Origin: an uncultured Gammaproteobacteria bacterium
Lineage (GTDB): Bacteria > Pseudomonadota > Gammaproteobacteria > UBA9214
Direction: 5' to 3'
DNA length: 51,169 nt
Assembly (NCBI GenBank): GCA_963827755.1
Contig: CAWHCQ010000039.1
Location: 1 to 51,169, forward strand
Under the pieces are notes generated by a model. That model worked only from the letters and a program-made list of their open reading frames with translations. It was not told the origin of the DNA and searched no databases. Of the stretch, positions 41,450 to 51,169 are shown one piece after another. Every line of letters starts with the position of its first letter. The stretch's first letter is position 1. A program made the translations under genes and the position numbers.

Positions 41450-42414
41450 AATATTCCAGGATAACCGGCACCGGCAGTTATCTGCCCGAAAAGGTGCTGT
41501 CCAACCATGATCTGGAAAAGATCATGGACACCTCGGACGAATGGATTCGTGACCGCACAGGTATTTACAAACGGCATATTGCAGCCGGTGATGAAACCAC
41601 CTGTGATCTGGCTGAAATTGCCGCGAGCCGGGCAATGGAAGCTGCCGGGCGTACCCCGCGCCAGATCGACCTGATTGTTCTGGCAACGACAACGCCTGAT
41701 CGGGTATTTCCCAGTACCGCCTGCCTGCTCCAGCAGCGTCTCGATATCCACGGTACTGCAGCATTCGATATACAGGCGGTATGCACAGGTTTCATCTATG
41801 CCCTGGGTGTTGCAGACAAGTTCATCAAGACAGGTGCGGCAAAGTGTGCACTGGTCGTGGGCGCGGAGACCCTGTCGCGGATTGTGGACTGGAATGACCG
41901 CGGCACGGCAATCCTCTTCGGTGACGGGGCCGGTGCCGTTGTGCTCGAGGCCAGCGACGAGCCGGGGATCCTCTCTACACATCTGCATGCCGATGGCAGT
42001 TACGAACACCTGCTGACGGTGAATGCCGGGATTTCCCAGGGGTATGACAAGGTGCAGGCCGGTCAGGCCTACGTGCAGATGCAGGGTAATGAAGTTTTCA
42101 AGATGGCCGTGAATACACTGGGTCGTATTGTCGACGAAACGCTGGCCGCCAATGACATGGATAAAGCCGACGTTGACTGGCTCATACCGCACCAGGCCAA
42201 CATCCGGATCATCCAGGCCACTGCTAAAAAACTTAAAATGTCGATGGACCAGGTTGTCGTGACCGTGGATGAACACGGCAACACCTCGGCGGCATCCGTA
42301 CCGCTGGCGCTGGATGTCGCAGTTCGCGACGGCCGTATCAAGCGCGGAGAGGTCCTGTTACTGGAAGCCTTCGGTGGCGGTTTTACCTGGGGTTCGGCTT
42401 TATTGAAATACTAG
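41446..42414 (+). CDS. fabH: 3-oxoacyl-ACP synthase III
   Basis: [47 protein letters not shown]. Confidence 0.97.
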   Translation: MKYSRITGTGSYLPEKVLSNHDLEKIMDTSDEWIRDRTGIYKRHIAAGDETTCDLAEIAASRAMEAAGRTPRQIDLIVLATTTPDRVFPSTACLLQQRLDIHGTAAFDIQAVCTGFIYALGVADKFIKTGAAKCALVVGAETLSRIVDWNDRGTAILFGDGAGAVVLEASDEPGILSTHLHADGSYEHLLTVNAGISQGYDKVQAGQAYVQMQGNEVFKMAVNTLGRIVDETLAANDMDKADVDWLIPHQANIRIIQATAKKLKMSMDQVVVTVDEHGNTSAASVPLALDVAVRDGRIKRGEVLLLEAFGGGFTWGSALLKY

Positions 42415-42441
42415 TATTTCTGTTATAACGAGCGTAGTGCC

Positions 42442-42570
42442 GTAGCCCGGATGCAGGACAGCAGGGCCGGAATCCCGGGTGAACCCGTTCCCGTATATGA
42501 CTGTAGGAGCGGATCTCATCCGCGATAACCAACCGTCGGCATCAACCCCTGTCGCGCCTGCGCTCCCGCA
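42442..42570. repeat. GTAG-type REP-like palindromic elements in the fabH-fabD spacer
   Basis: GTAGCCCGGATG...GGAATCCCGGG (42442-42479) and TGTAGGAGCGGATCTCATCCGCGA (42502-42525), with a degenerate inverted partner TCGCG...CGCTCCCGCA (42552-42570). Confidence 0.6.
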
Positions 42571-42663
42571 GGTCGCAACTGTCCTGGCAGGAGTCGAGTA
42601 GTAAACGAGCGCGCCATGATATTGATGTATACAAATAATCAATTTTGAAAGGCCTTGTAAGTA

Positions 42664-43608
42664 ATGACTGACAATGAAAACGTGAAAACGGGCATGGTGT
42701 TTCCCGGACAGGGATCGCAATCCGTGGGTATGCTGGCAGAACTTGCTGCCGAATATGGTCAGGTGATCGACACCTTCGCCCGTGCAAGCGAGGTCCTCGG
42801 CTATGATCTCTGGCGGCTGGTACACGACGGCCCGGCAGATGAGCTGAACCAGACAGACAGGACCCAGCCGGCCATGCTGGCATCCGGTGTCGCCGTCTGG
42901 CGTGTCTGGCAGGCACATGACGGCGTGACACCGGCTGTCATGGCCGGACACAGCCTGGGTGAATACACGGCCCTTGTCTGTGCCGGCGCGCTGGCATTTG
43001 AAGACGCCATTGGCCTTGTGGCCGAGCGTGGTCGTTGCATGCAATCAGCGGTTCCGGCCGGTGTCGGCGGAATGGCGGCCATACTCGGGCTGGATGACGA
43101 GGCCGTGGCCTCGGTGTGTCGCCAGGCGGCGGAGGCTGAAGTCGTCACGCCGGTCAATTACAATTCACCCGGACAGGTTGTGATCGCCGGTCACCTGGCG
43201 GCGGTGCAACGCGCGATTGCCCTGGCAAAAGAAACCGGGGCAAAACGTGCCGTGGAATTGCCGGTCAGTGTTCCATCGCATTGCGCACTCATGGAGCCTG
43301 CGGCCGGGCAGTTTTCAGATAGCCTGCAACAACTGTCAATAAAATCGCCGCAGATACCGGTCATCCAGAATGTCGATGCCGGCAGCCATCTCGAACCGGA
43401 GTTGATACGTGCCAACCTGCACAAGCAACTGTACAGCCCGGTACAGTGGGTCAAATGTATACAGGCCATGGGTGCTGCCGGGGTGACGCAGGTATTCGAA
43501 CTTGGTCCCGGCAAGGTTCTCACGGGACTTGGCAAGCGCATAGACAGGGCGATGAGTTTCACGGCTGTCCATGATGCGCAGACGTTGAAAGCCGCACTGG
43601 CCGGATAA
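42664..43608 (+). CDS. fabD: Malonyl-CoA:ACP transacylase
   Basis: FPGQGSQ, AGHSLGEY, SVPSHC, GPGKVL. Confidence 0.97.
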   Translation: MTDNENVKTGMVFPGQGSQSVGMLAELAAEYGQVIDTFARASEVLGYDLWRLVHDGPADELNQTDRTQPAMLASGVAVWRVWQAHDGVTPAVMAGHSLGEYTALVCAGALAFEDAIGLVAERGRCMQSAVPAGVGGMAAILGLDDEAVASVCRQAAEAEVVTPVNYNSPGQVVIAGHLAAVQRAIALAKETGAKRAVELPVSVPSHCALMEPAAGQFSDSLQQLSIKSPQIPVIQNVDAGSHLEPELIRANLHKQLYSPVQWVKCIQAMGAAGVTQVFELGPGKVLTGLGKRIDRAMSFTAVHDAQTLKAALAG

Positions 43609-43633
43609 GGGCTAACCTGCACAGGGGAGTTAC

Positions 43634-44368
43634 ATGTCATTAAATGATGAGATCGCACTGGTAACCGGCGCAAGCCGGGGTATTGGCAAGGCCATAGCCG
43701 GGGTGCTGGCGAGCAAGGGTGCCACGGTAATCGGCACGGCGACGAGCGCAAAGGGTGCCGCGGCCATCGCGGATTCACTGGCGACCCGGGGGGGCGGCAA
43801 GGTGCTGGATGTGACCGATCCTGAATCGGTGGACGCCCTGATGAAAGACCTGAAAGAACAGTTCGGCGCACCTTCCATCCTTGTGAACAATGCCGGCATC
43901 ACGCGTGATAATCTGCTGATGCGCATGAAGGAAGAAGAATGGAATGATGTGATCCAGACAAACCTTAGCTCGGCCTTTCGCATGAGCAAGGCATGCCTGC
44001 GTGGCATGATGAAGGCAAAACGCGGCCGGATTATTACCATTACTTCGGTGATCGGAGCGACCGGGAACCCCGGGCAGGCCAATTATGCGGCCACCAAGGC
44101 AGGCGTCATCGGTTTCACCAAGTCACTGGCGCGCGAGGTGGGTTCGCGGGGCATCACTGTCAATGCCGTTGCACCCGGTTTCATCGATACCGATATGACA
44201 AGGGCATTGCCGGATGAACAGCGCGAGGCCTTGCTTGGACAGATCCCGCTTGGCCGTCTTGGTGCCGTGGAGGATATCGCCAATGCTGTTGCCTTCCTCG
44301 CTTCTGCAGAAGCCGCTTATATTACGGGTGAAACCATCCACGTGAACGGTGGCATGTACATGAGTTGA
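43634..44368 (+). CDS. fabG: 3-oxoacyl-ACP reductase
   Basis: TGASRGIG, NNAGITRD, NYAATKAG, PGFIDTDMT, VNGGMYM. Confidence 0.97.
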   Translation: MSLNDEIALVTGASRGIGKAIAGVLASKGATVIGTATSAKGAAAIADSLATRGGGKVLDVTDPESVDALMKDLKEQFGAPSILVNNAGITRDNLLMRMKEEEWNDVIQTNLSSAFRMSKACLRGMMKAKRGRIITITSVIGATGNPGQANYAATKAGVIGFTKSLAREVGSRGITVNAVAPGFIDTDMTRALPDEQREALLGQIPLGRLGAVEDIANAVAFLASAEAAYITGETIHVNGGMYMS

Positions 44369-44582
44369 TCAAGCCTGATGGCTGGCTTATAAAGACCTTG
44401 TAAAGCACTGTAATATAATAACTATGTGGCATATAATCAGCGCCTGTAGTGATACCCGTGAAACCGGGTGGCAGGCAGGGTCGGGCAGGACGCCCGTCCA
44501 ACTTGTATCTTGCATATCGCATTAACTACAATACTCGCGCAGCCACGGCTGCCTACTTCAAAACATACAGGATGAATCCGAA

Positions 44583-44819
44583 ATGAGTAATATTGATGAG
44601 CGTGTCAAGAAGATCGTGATCGAGCAGCTTGGGGTAAAGGAAGACGAGGTAAACAGTGGTTCTTCATTCGTCGATGACCTTGGTGCAGATTCTCTGGATA
44701 CAGTCGAACTGGTTATGGCTCTTGAAGAGGAATTCGAATGCGAAATTCCTGATGAAGAAGCGGAGAAAATCACCACGGTTCAACAGGCAGTTGATTACGT
44801 TAGCGCCCATCTGGGTTGA
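44583..44819 (+). CDS. acpP: Acyl carrier protein
   Basis: [20 protein letters not shown]. Confidence 0.98.
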   Translation: MSNIDERVKKIVIEQLGVKEDEVNSGSSFVDDLGADSLDTVELVMALEEEFECEIPDEEAEKITTVQQAVDYVSAHLG

Positions 44820-44840
44820 TTCTCTCCACACCGTATTACG

Positions 44841-44875
44841 GCCGCACGCTTGCAGACACGGGGTGCGGCTTTTTA
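44841..44875 (+). terminator. Possible intrinsic terminator/attenuator after acpP
   Basis: GCCGCAC...GTGCGGC followed by TTTTT. Confidence 0.5.
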
Positions 44876-44921
44876 TTTTGTTGCCGCTTCTATCAGTACA
44901 GGGCGTTTTCGAGGGTCGGGC

Positions 44922-46163
44922 ATGTCCAAAAGACGCGTCGTCATAACCGGGCTCGGTATTGTTTCCCCTGTCGGCAATGATGTTGAAAGCGCCTGGCGAA
45001 ACATCCTTGCAGGCAAGAGCGGTATCGGTCCCCTCACCAACTTTGACTGCAGCGATTTCCCTGTCCGGTTTTGCGGCGAAATCAGGGACTTCGATGTCAC
45101 GCAATACATCACGGCAAAAGATGCCCGCCGCATGGGGACCTTTATCCACTATGGCCTTGCCGCTGCCTGCCAGGCGATCGATGATGCCGGGCTGGAAATC
45201 GGTGAAGCCGATGCTGACCGTGCCGGTGTCGCAATCGGGTCCGGTATTGGTGGCCTGAGCGGTATCGAATCGGCCTACCAGGCCTACATCGATAGTGGTG
45301 CGCGCAAGATTTCACCCTTCTTTGTGCCCGGCAATATCATCAACATGATTGCCGGAAATCTCTCTATCATGTACGGGTTGAAAGGTCCCAACATCGCAAT
45401 CGTGACCGCCTGTACGACCTCCACGCACAATATCGGCATGGCCGCCCGCACCATTGCCTATGGCGATGCCGATGTAATGGTCGCCGGCGGCGCCGAGATG
45501 ACGACCTGTCCGACCGGTATCGGCGGCTTTGCGGCGGCGCGGGCACTGTCCACGCGCAATGACGATCCTGCGGCCGCCAGCCGCCCCTGGGACGCTGATC
45601 GTGACGGTTTTGTGCTGAGTGACGGTGCCGGGATGCTGGTGCTGGAGGAATACGAACGGGCACGTGCCCGCGGTGCAAACATCTATGCCGAGCTTGCCGG
45701 GTTTGGCATGAGCGGTGATGCCTATCATATAACGCAGCCCTCCGAGAGCGGTGAAGGTCCGGCGAGGTGCATGCATGCAGCATTGGCCGATGCCGGGATA
45801 AACACTGACGCGGTGGACTATATCAATGCCCACGGGACCTCGACCCCGGCAGGTGATGTTGCCGAGACCCGGGCAATCAAACGGGCATTTGAATCACATG
45901 CCGCTGATGTGGCGATCAGCTCAACCAAATCCATGACAGGGCACCTGCTCGGTGCCGCGGGCGGGGTTGAGGCGGTGTTCTCTGCGCTGGCCATTCGCGA
46001 CCAGGTGGCGCCGCCTACCATCAACCTCGATAACCCGGACCCGGAATGTGACCTCGACTATGTGCCGAATACCGCCCGGCAAATGAAGATCGACGTGGTC
46101 ATGACAAATTCTTTCGGTTTTGGCGGCACCAACGGTACCCTGATCCTGCGCAAGCCGGATTGA
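44922..46163 (+). CDS. fabF: 3-oxoacyl-ACP synthase II
   Basis: [42 protein letters not shown]. Confidence 0.97.
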   Translation: MSKRRVVITGLGIVSPVGNDVESAWRNILAGKSGIGPLTNFDCSDFPVRFCGEIRDFDVTQYITAKDARRMGTFIHYGLAAACQAIDDAGLEIGEADADRAGVAIGSGIGGLSGIESAYQAYIDSGARKISPFFVPGNIINMIAGNLSIMYGLKGPNIAIVTACTTSTHNIGMAARTIAYGDADVMVAGGAEMTTCPTGIGGFAAARALSTRNDDPAAASRPWDADRDGFVLSDGAGMLVLEEYERARARGANIYAELAGFGMSGDAYHITQPSESGEGPARCMHAALADAGINTDAVDYINAHGTSTPAGDVAETRAIKRAFESHAADVAISSTKSMTGHLLGAAGGVEAVFSALAIRDQVAPPTINLDNPDPECDLDYVPNTARQMKIDVVMTNSFGFGGTNGTLILRKPD

Positions 46164-46224
46164 CCTCATGCATGCATTGCGTGCAGCCGGTGCTGCCCCG
46201 GGAATCAACAAACGCTGCCGTACC

Positions 46225-47586
46225 GTGTCACCGTCAGTAAAAAGAATAGACCGGCTTATCAATCCGCTTGAATTGCACAGGGCGCATCCTGAACGTTATC
46301 CGCACCTGTTGCAAAGTACCGCGAATGGCCGCTATGACATCCTGTTTGCCTTTCCCGGAGACAGTCTCAGGCTGGCGAACGACGGCCGGCTTTACTCGCC
46401 CGGCGATGCGGTGCCGCAGACGGGTGATTTCCTGGAACACTTCGACAGCTGGTGGTCCGAAACCCGCCCGGCGGCGCCCGTGGCCACTGATTTACCCTTC
46501 AGCGGAGGCTGGTTCGTTTTCCTGGCTTATGAACTGGCCGCACAGATCGAGCCGTCGCTGAGCCTGCCTGCGGCATCGGGTGCCCTGCCCGTTGCCATAG
46601 CAACCCGTTTCAGGACGGCCGTTGTTGTTGACCATCAACAGCAGACCACCTGTGTGGTTGCCGAGCCGGGCCAGCAGCCGTACCTGGAGCAGATGCTCGC
46701 CGATATCGGGGCCTTGCCGCCGCCGCAGCAGAACGCCGCTGCGGAGATCGCGGTGGTTAATGTGCGCGAAGAGGCGCCGCAACAGTACCTCGATGCCGTC
46801 GCGCGCATTCATGACTATATTCACGAAGGCGATGTTTTCCAGGTGAACCTGTCCAGGTGCTGGCGTATTGAGCTCGGCCAGGCCGTCGCTGCGGCCGTAC
46901 TCTATGACAATCTCGGCATTCATAACCCGTCACCCTTCGGCGGCCTGGCGAGTTGGCCGAATGCCGCCATCATCAGTTCCTCGCCGGAACGCCTGGTAAG
47001 CGTCCATGGCAGGACCGTCGAGACGCGCCCGATTGCCGGAACCCGGCCAAGGAGCACAACGGCGGCGGCTGATATCGGTTTGTCGGACGAGTTGATGGCG
47101 AACCCGAAGGAGCGGGCGGAACACATCATGCTCATCGACCTGGAACGCAACGACCTGGGCCGCATCTGTGTGCCGGGATCAATCGAGGTCAACGAGCTGA
47201 TGGTGCTCGAGTCGTTTGCGCATGTGCATCACATCGTCTCGAATGTGCGCGGCACGCTGCGCGAGGATGTCCTTCCGGGGCAAGTGATTCGCGCGGTGTT
47301 TCCCGGCGGCACGATCACCGGCTGCCCGAAGGTTCGCTGCATGGAAATCATTGCCGAGCTCGAGCAGGAAGCACGCGGTGCCTACACCGGGTCGATGGGC
47401 TATATAAACCGTGACGGCAGCATGGATCTGAATATCCTGATTCGCAGCATGGTGTATTCCGGGGCTGAGTTGCAGCTGCGTGCCGGGGCGGGGATTGTGG
47501 CAGACTCCGTCGCGGCTGCCGAACTCGAGGAGACCCGCGCGAAGGCGCGTGGACTGCTGCATGCACTCGGGCTGCACCAGGCATGA
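46225..47586 (+). CDS. pabB: Aminodeoxychorismate synthase component I (start uncertain)
   Basis: PFSGGWFVFLAYE, GDVFQVNLS, SSSPERL, ETRPIAGTR, KERAEHIMLIDLERNDLGR, FPGGTITGCPK; overlaps pabC by 4 nt. Confidence 0.88.
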   Translation: MSPSVKRIDRLINPLELHRAHPERYPHLLQSTANGRYDILFAFPGDSLRLANDGRLYSPGDAVPQTGDFLEHFDSWWSETRPAAPVATDLPFSGGWFVFLAYELAAQIEPSLSLPAASGALPVAIATRFRTAVVVDHQQQTTCVVAEPGQQPYLEQMLADIGALPPPQQNAAAEIAVVNVREEAPQQYLDAVARIHDYIHEGDVFQVNLSRCWRIELGQAVAAAVLYDNLGIHNPSPFGGLASWPNAAIISSSPERLVSVHGRTVETRPIAGTRPRSTTAAADIGLSDELMANPKERAEHIMLIDLERNDLGRICVPGSIEVNELMVLESFAHVHHIVSNVRGTLREDVLPGQVIRAVFPGGTITGCPKVRCMEIIAELEQEARGAYTGSMGYINRDGSMDLNILIRSMVYSGAELQLRAGAGIVADSVAAAELEETRAKARGLLHALGLHQA

Positions 47587-48431
47587 CGGGCAGGACGGCA
47601 ACACTGGTGAATGGCGAACCGGCGAGCGTCATACCCGTATCCGATCGCGGGCTGCTTTACGGCGACGGGGTTTTTGAAACCATCGCCATCAGGGATGGCC
47701 GCCCGAGGCACTGGCCACGTCACATGGATCGTCTGCGGGCCGGATGTGCAAGGCTCGGTCTGCAGCCGCCCGACAGTGCCCGGCTGGCAGCGGAGGCACA
47801 GCCTGTTGTCGATGGCCTCGACAAGGGTGTATTGAAGCTGATTATCACGCGTGGTTCCGGCGGGCGCGGCTACCGCGTGCCGGAGACCGTGGCCTGTACC
47901 CGCATCATGCAGCTGCACCCGTGGCCCGAATATCCCGCCGCCTGCGCGGAGCAGGGCGTGCGTACCCGGCTGTGTGCAACCCGCCTGGGACGCAATCCTG
48001 CCCTGGCCGGTATCAAGCACCTGAATCGCCTCGAGCAGGTGCTTGCGAGGCGGGAGTGGAGTGATGCCGGCATTCACGAAGGCCTGCTGATGGACACGGA
48101 CGCAAACCTGGTTGAAGGCACCATGAGTAATCTGTTCATCGTCAGCGGGGGTGTGCTCGTGACACCGGACCTGTCGCACTGCGGCGTGGCCGGAATAATG
48201 CGGACCATTATTCTCGAGCAGGCCGAACGGCAGGGGCTTGAAGCGCGGATAGCACCGATCAGCCGGGAGGACCTGCTGCAGGCGGAGGAGGTGTTCCTCT
48301 GCAACAGCCTGATCGGCATCTGGCCGGTTATTTCGATCGACGAAACAGCCTGCAGTATAGGCAATATCACACTGAATTTAATGAAAGTATTACCCGAAAA
48401 GAGCGACAACGACAGCGGCTGGCGGGCGTGA
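47583..48431 (+). CDS. pabC: Aminodeoxychorismate lyase
   Basis: DRGLLYGDGVFET, GIKHLNRLEQVL, EGTMSNLF, GVAGIMR, CNSL. Confidence 0.96.
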   Translation: MTGRTATLVNGEPASVIPVSDRGLLYGDGVFETIAIRDGRPRHWPRHMDRLRAGCARLGLQPPDSARLAAEAQPVVDGLDKGVLKLIITRGSGGRGYRVPETVACTRIMQLHPWPEYPAACAEQGVRTRLCATRLGRNPALAGIKHLNRLEQVLARREWSDAGIHEGLLMDTDANLVEGTMSNLFIVSGGVLVTPDLSHCGVAGIMRTIILEQAERQGLEARIAPISREDLLQAEEVFLCNSLIGIWPVISIDETACSIGNITLNLMKVLPEKSDNDSGWRA

Positions 48432-48441
48432 AGGTTTGTCC

Positions 48442-50127
<1,686 letters not shown>

Positions 50128-50291
50128 TTATTTTTCCAATGGAATAGAATCGCCCTGTTATTGCGTCAACCCTGTATGACATGGACGCGTTTCCGGTCAT
50201 TTAACCTTAACGATACAGGGCAGCTTAAAGTCTCCGCTCGTCCTGTTATATGATTCCAGTCGTGGAGACCCCGGGTATTTGGAGAACAGAT

Positions 50292-50772
50292 ATGAAAACC
50301 ATGAACGTATGGGTGTCGTTTTTGACAGTTCTGGCACTGCTGTTTACGGCCAACATCATGGCCAACGAACGCTATGGAAAGCAAAAGGTCGTGTACCACA
50401 TCAATTATGATGACCCGAAGACGCAGGCAGGCGCCTTGCGCAATATCCAGAATCACATCAATGCGGTGGGAGCGGAGAACCTGGATGTCAAGGTCGTCAT
50501 GCACGGCAAGGGTCTGAGCCTGCTGTTGACACCGGATGCCCTCAAGAATACGAAACTTAAACATGGCAATGCCACGGATGCACAACAGGCCACGATTTCC
50601 GGACTCAAGGACCAGGGCGTGGACTTTGCCGTTTGTGCAAACACACTCAAGGGCAAGAAGATCAATGCCACGCAACGATCTGTATGACGTGGATGACGCC
50701 GACATTGTTCCCAGCGGCGTTGCCGAACTGTCCCGGCTGCAGCAGATGGGTTACACCTACATCAAGCCGTGA
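50292..50772 (+). CDS. Exported DsrE/DsrF-like family protein; +1 frameshift near 50670
   Basis: Signal peptide; KVVYHIN, ALRNIQNHINA, VVMHGKGL, FAVCANTL, then DIVPSGVAELSRLQQMGYTYIKP* in the next frame; GGAG RBS. Confidence 0.85.
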
Positions 50773-50817
50773 TTGATTAAAACAAGGCGGAGGTTTCGCC
50801 AGTTCGGATGGGGGGAG

Positions 50818-50846
50818 GCCGGCCAGTATTATTGGCCGGCTTTTTT
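50818..50846 (+). terminator. Intrinsic terminator after the DsrE-like gene
   Basis: GCCGGCCA...TGGCCGGC followed by TTTTTT. Confidence 0.8.
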
Positions 50847-50919
50847 ATGCCGAGAAGTGGTATTCAGGCGAAGAGACAGACAAGTTTCATGCCCGTCTGC
50901 CGAGAGGAATTGCTACGGG

Positions 50920-51169
50920 CTAGACCCTGATATACGCCCAGCCTTGCTGTAAACGGTCGACGATTTCTTCCAGCGCGGCCGGTATTACCATCGCTTCCGG
51001 CACCAGGTGTACATCGATGCCCTTGAGCCGTAGTTTTTCGATCTCCTGCTGCAGGCGAGGAAGCTGATGTTGTCATATTTCTGCGCCAGCTGACGAATGC
51101 GCTCGACATAGGGAGAGGCATCGGCACGTAACAGCGTCAAACCCGCTGCATTGGCGACCACTTCCAGCT
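50920..51169 (-). CDS. Second DsrE-like protein, C-terminal part (enters from the right edge; indel near 51043)
   Basis: Manual translation: LEVVANAAGLTLLRADASPYVERIRQLAQKYDNISFLACSR / IEKLRLKGIDVHLVPEAMVIPAALEEIVDRLQQGWAYIRV*. The FxAC and GWxYI pattern parallels the neighbouring DsrE-like protein. Confidence 0.75.

Noticed and set aside
46225-48431. pabB inserted between fabF and pabC
   Set aside because: Functionally logical folate-pathway pairing that I recall from other gammaproteobacteria; not novel.
50864-51127. 87-aa minus-strand ORF in the track
   Set aside because: Wrong frame; the other two minus frames give a coherent DsrE-like C-terminus.

Overview
GC-rich gammaproteobacterial chromosomal segment, possibly from a sulfur oxidiser (weak inference from two DsrE-like genes at the right end). 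It has four blocks. (1) 1-9485: ppk1 (5' part, missed by the ORF track) divergent from two tandem CNNM/CorC-HlyC genes, a small hypothetical protein, a SAM methyltransferase, a double ATP-cone/2-phosphoglycerate-kinase-like P-loop kinase, a CYTH triphosphatase, bioA and a CPA2 antiporter. The first 6.9 kb look like a polyphosphate/divalent-cation module. (2) 9595-25003: a complete Lap-type adhesion system with LapE/TolC, LapC/HlyD, LapB, LapD, LapG and a LapA-like RTX adhesin of about 1820 aa. Unusual extras are a tandemly duplicated N-terminal retention domain, a VpsT/CsgD-like LuxR regulator inside the secretion operon, an HTH-less paralogous receiver protein and a repeated upstream DNA motif. 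(3) 25222-50127: housekeeping run lolC/E-lolD-comEC-exbB-exbD-lpxK-trm112/ycaR-kdsB-LMW-PTP, rne, rluC, HAD, sppA, maf, yceD-rpmF-plsX-fabH-fabD-fabG-acpP-fabF-pabB-pabC-mltG-tmk. msbA and holB are absent from their usual positions. (4) Two convergent DsrE-like genes. About a dozen single-base frameshifts, including ones in tmk and rne, indicate an error-prone assembly, so split genes are treated as probably intact. No rRNA, tRNA, CRISPR array or transposase was seen. All assignments come from reading motifs by eye; no database search was run.
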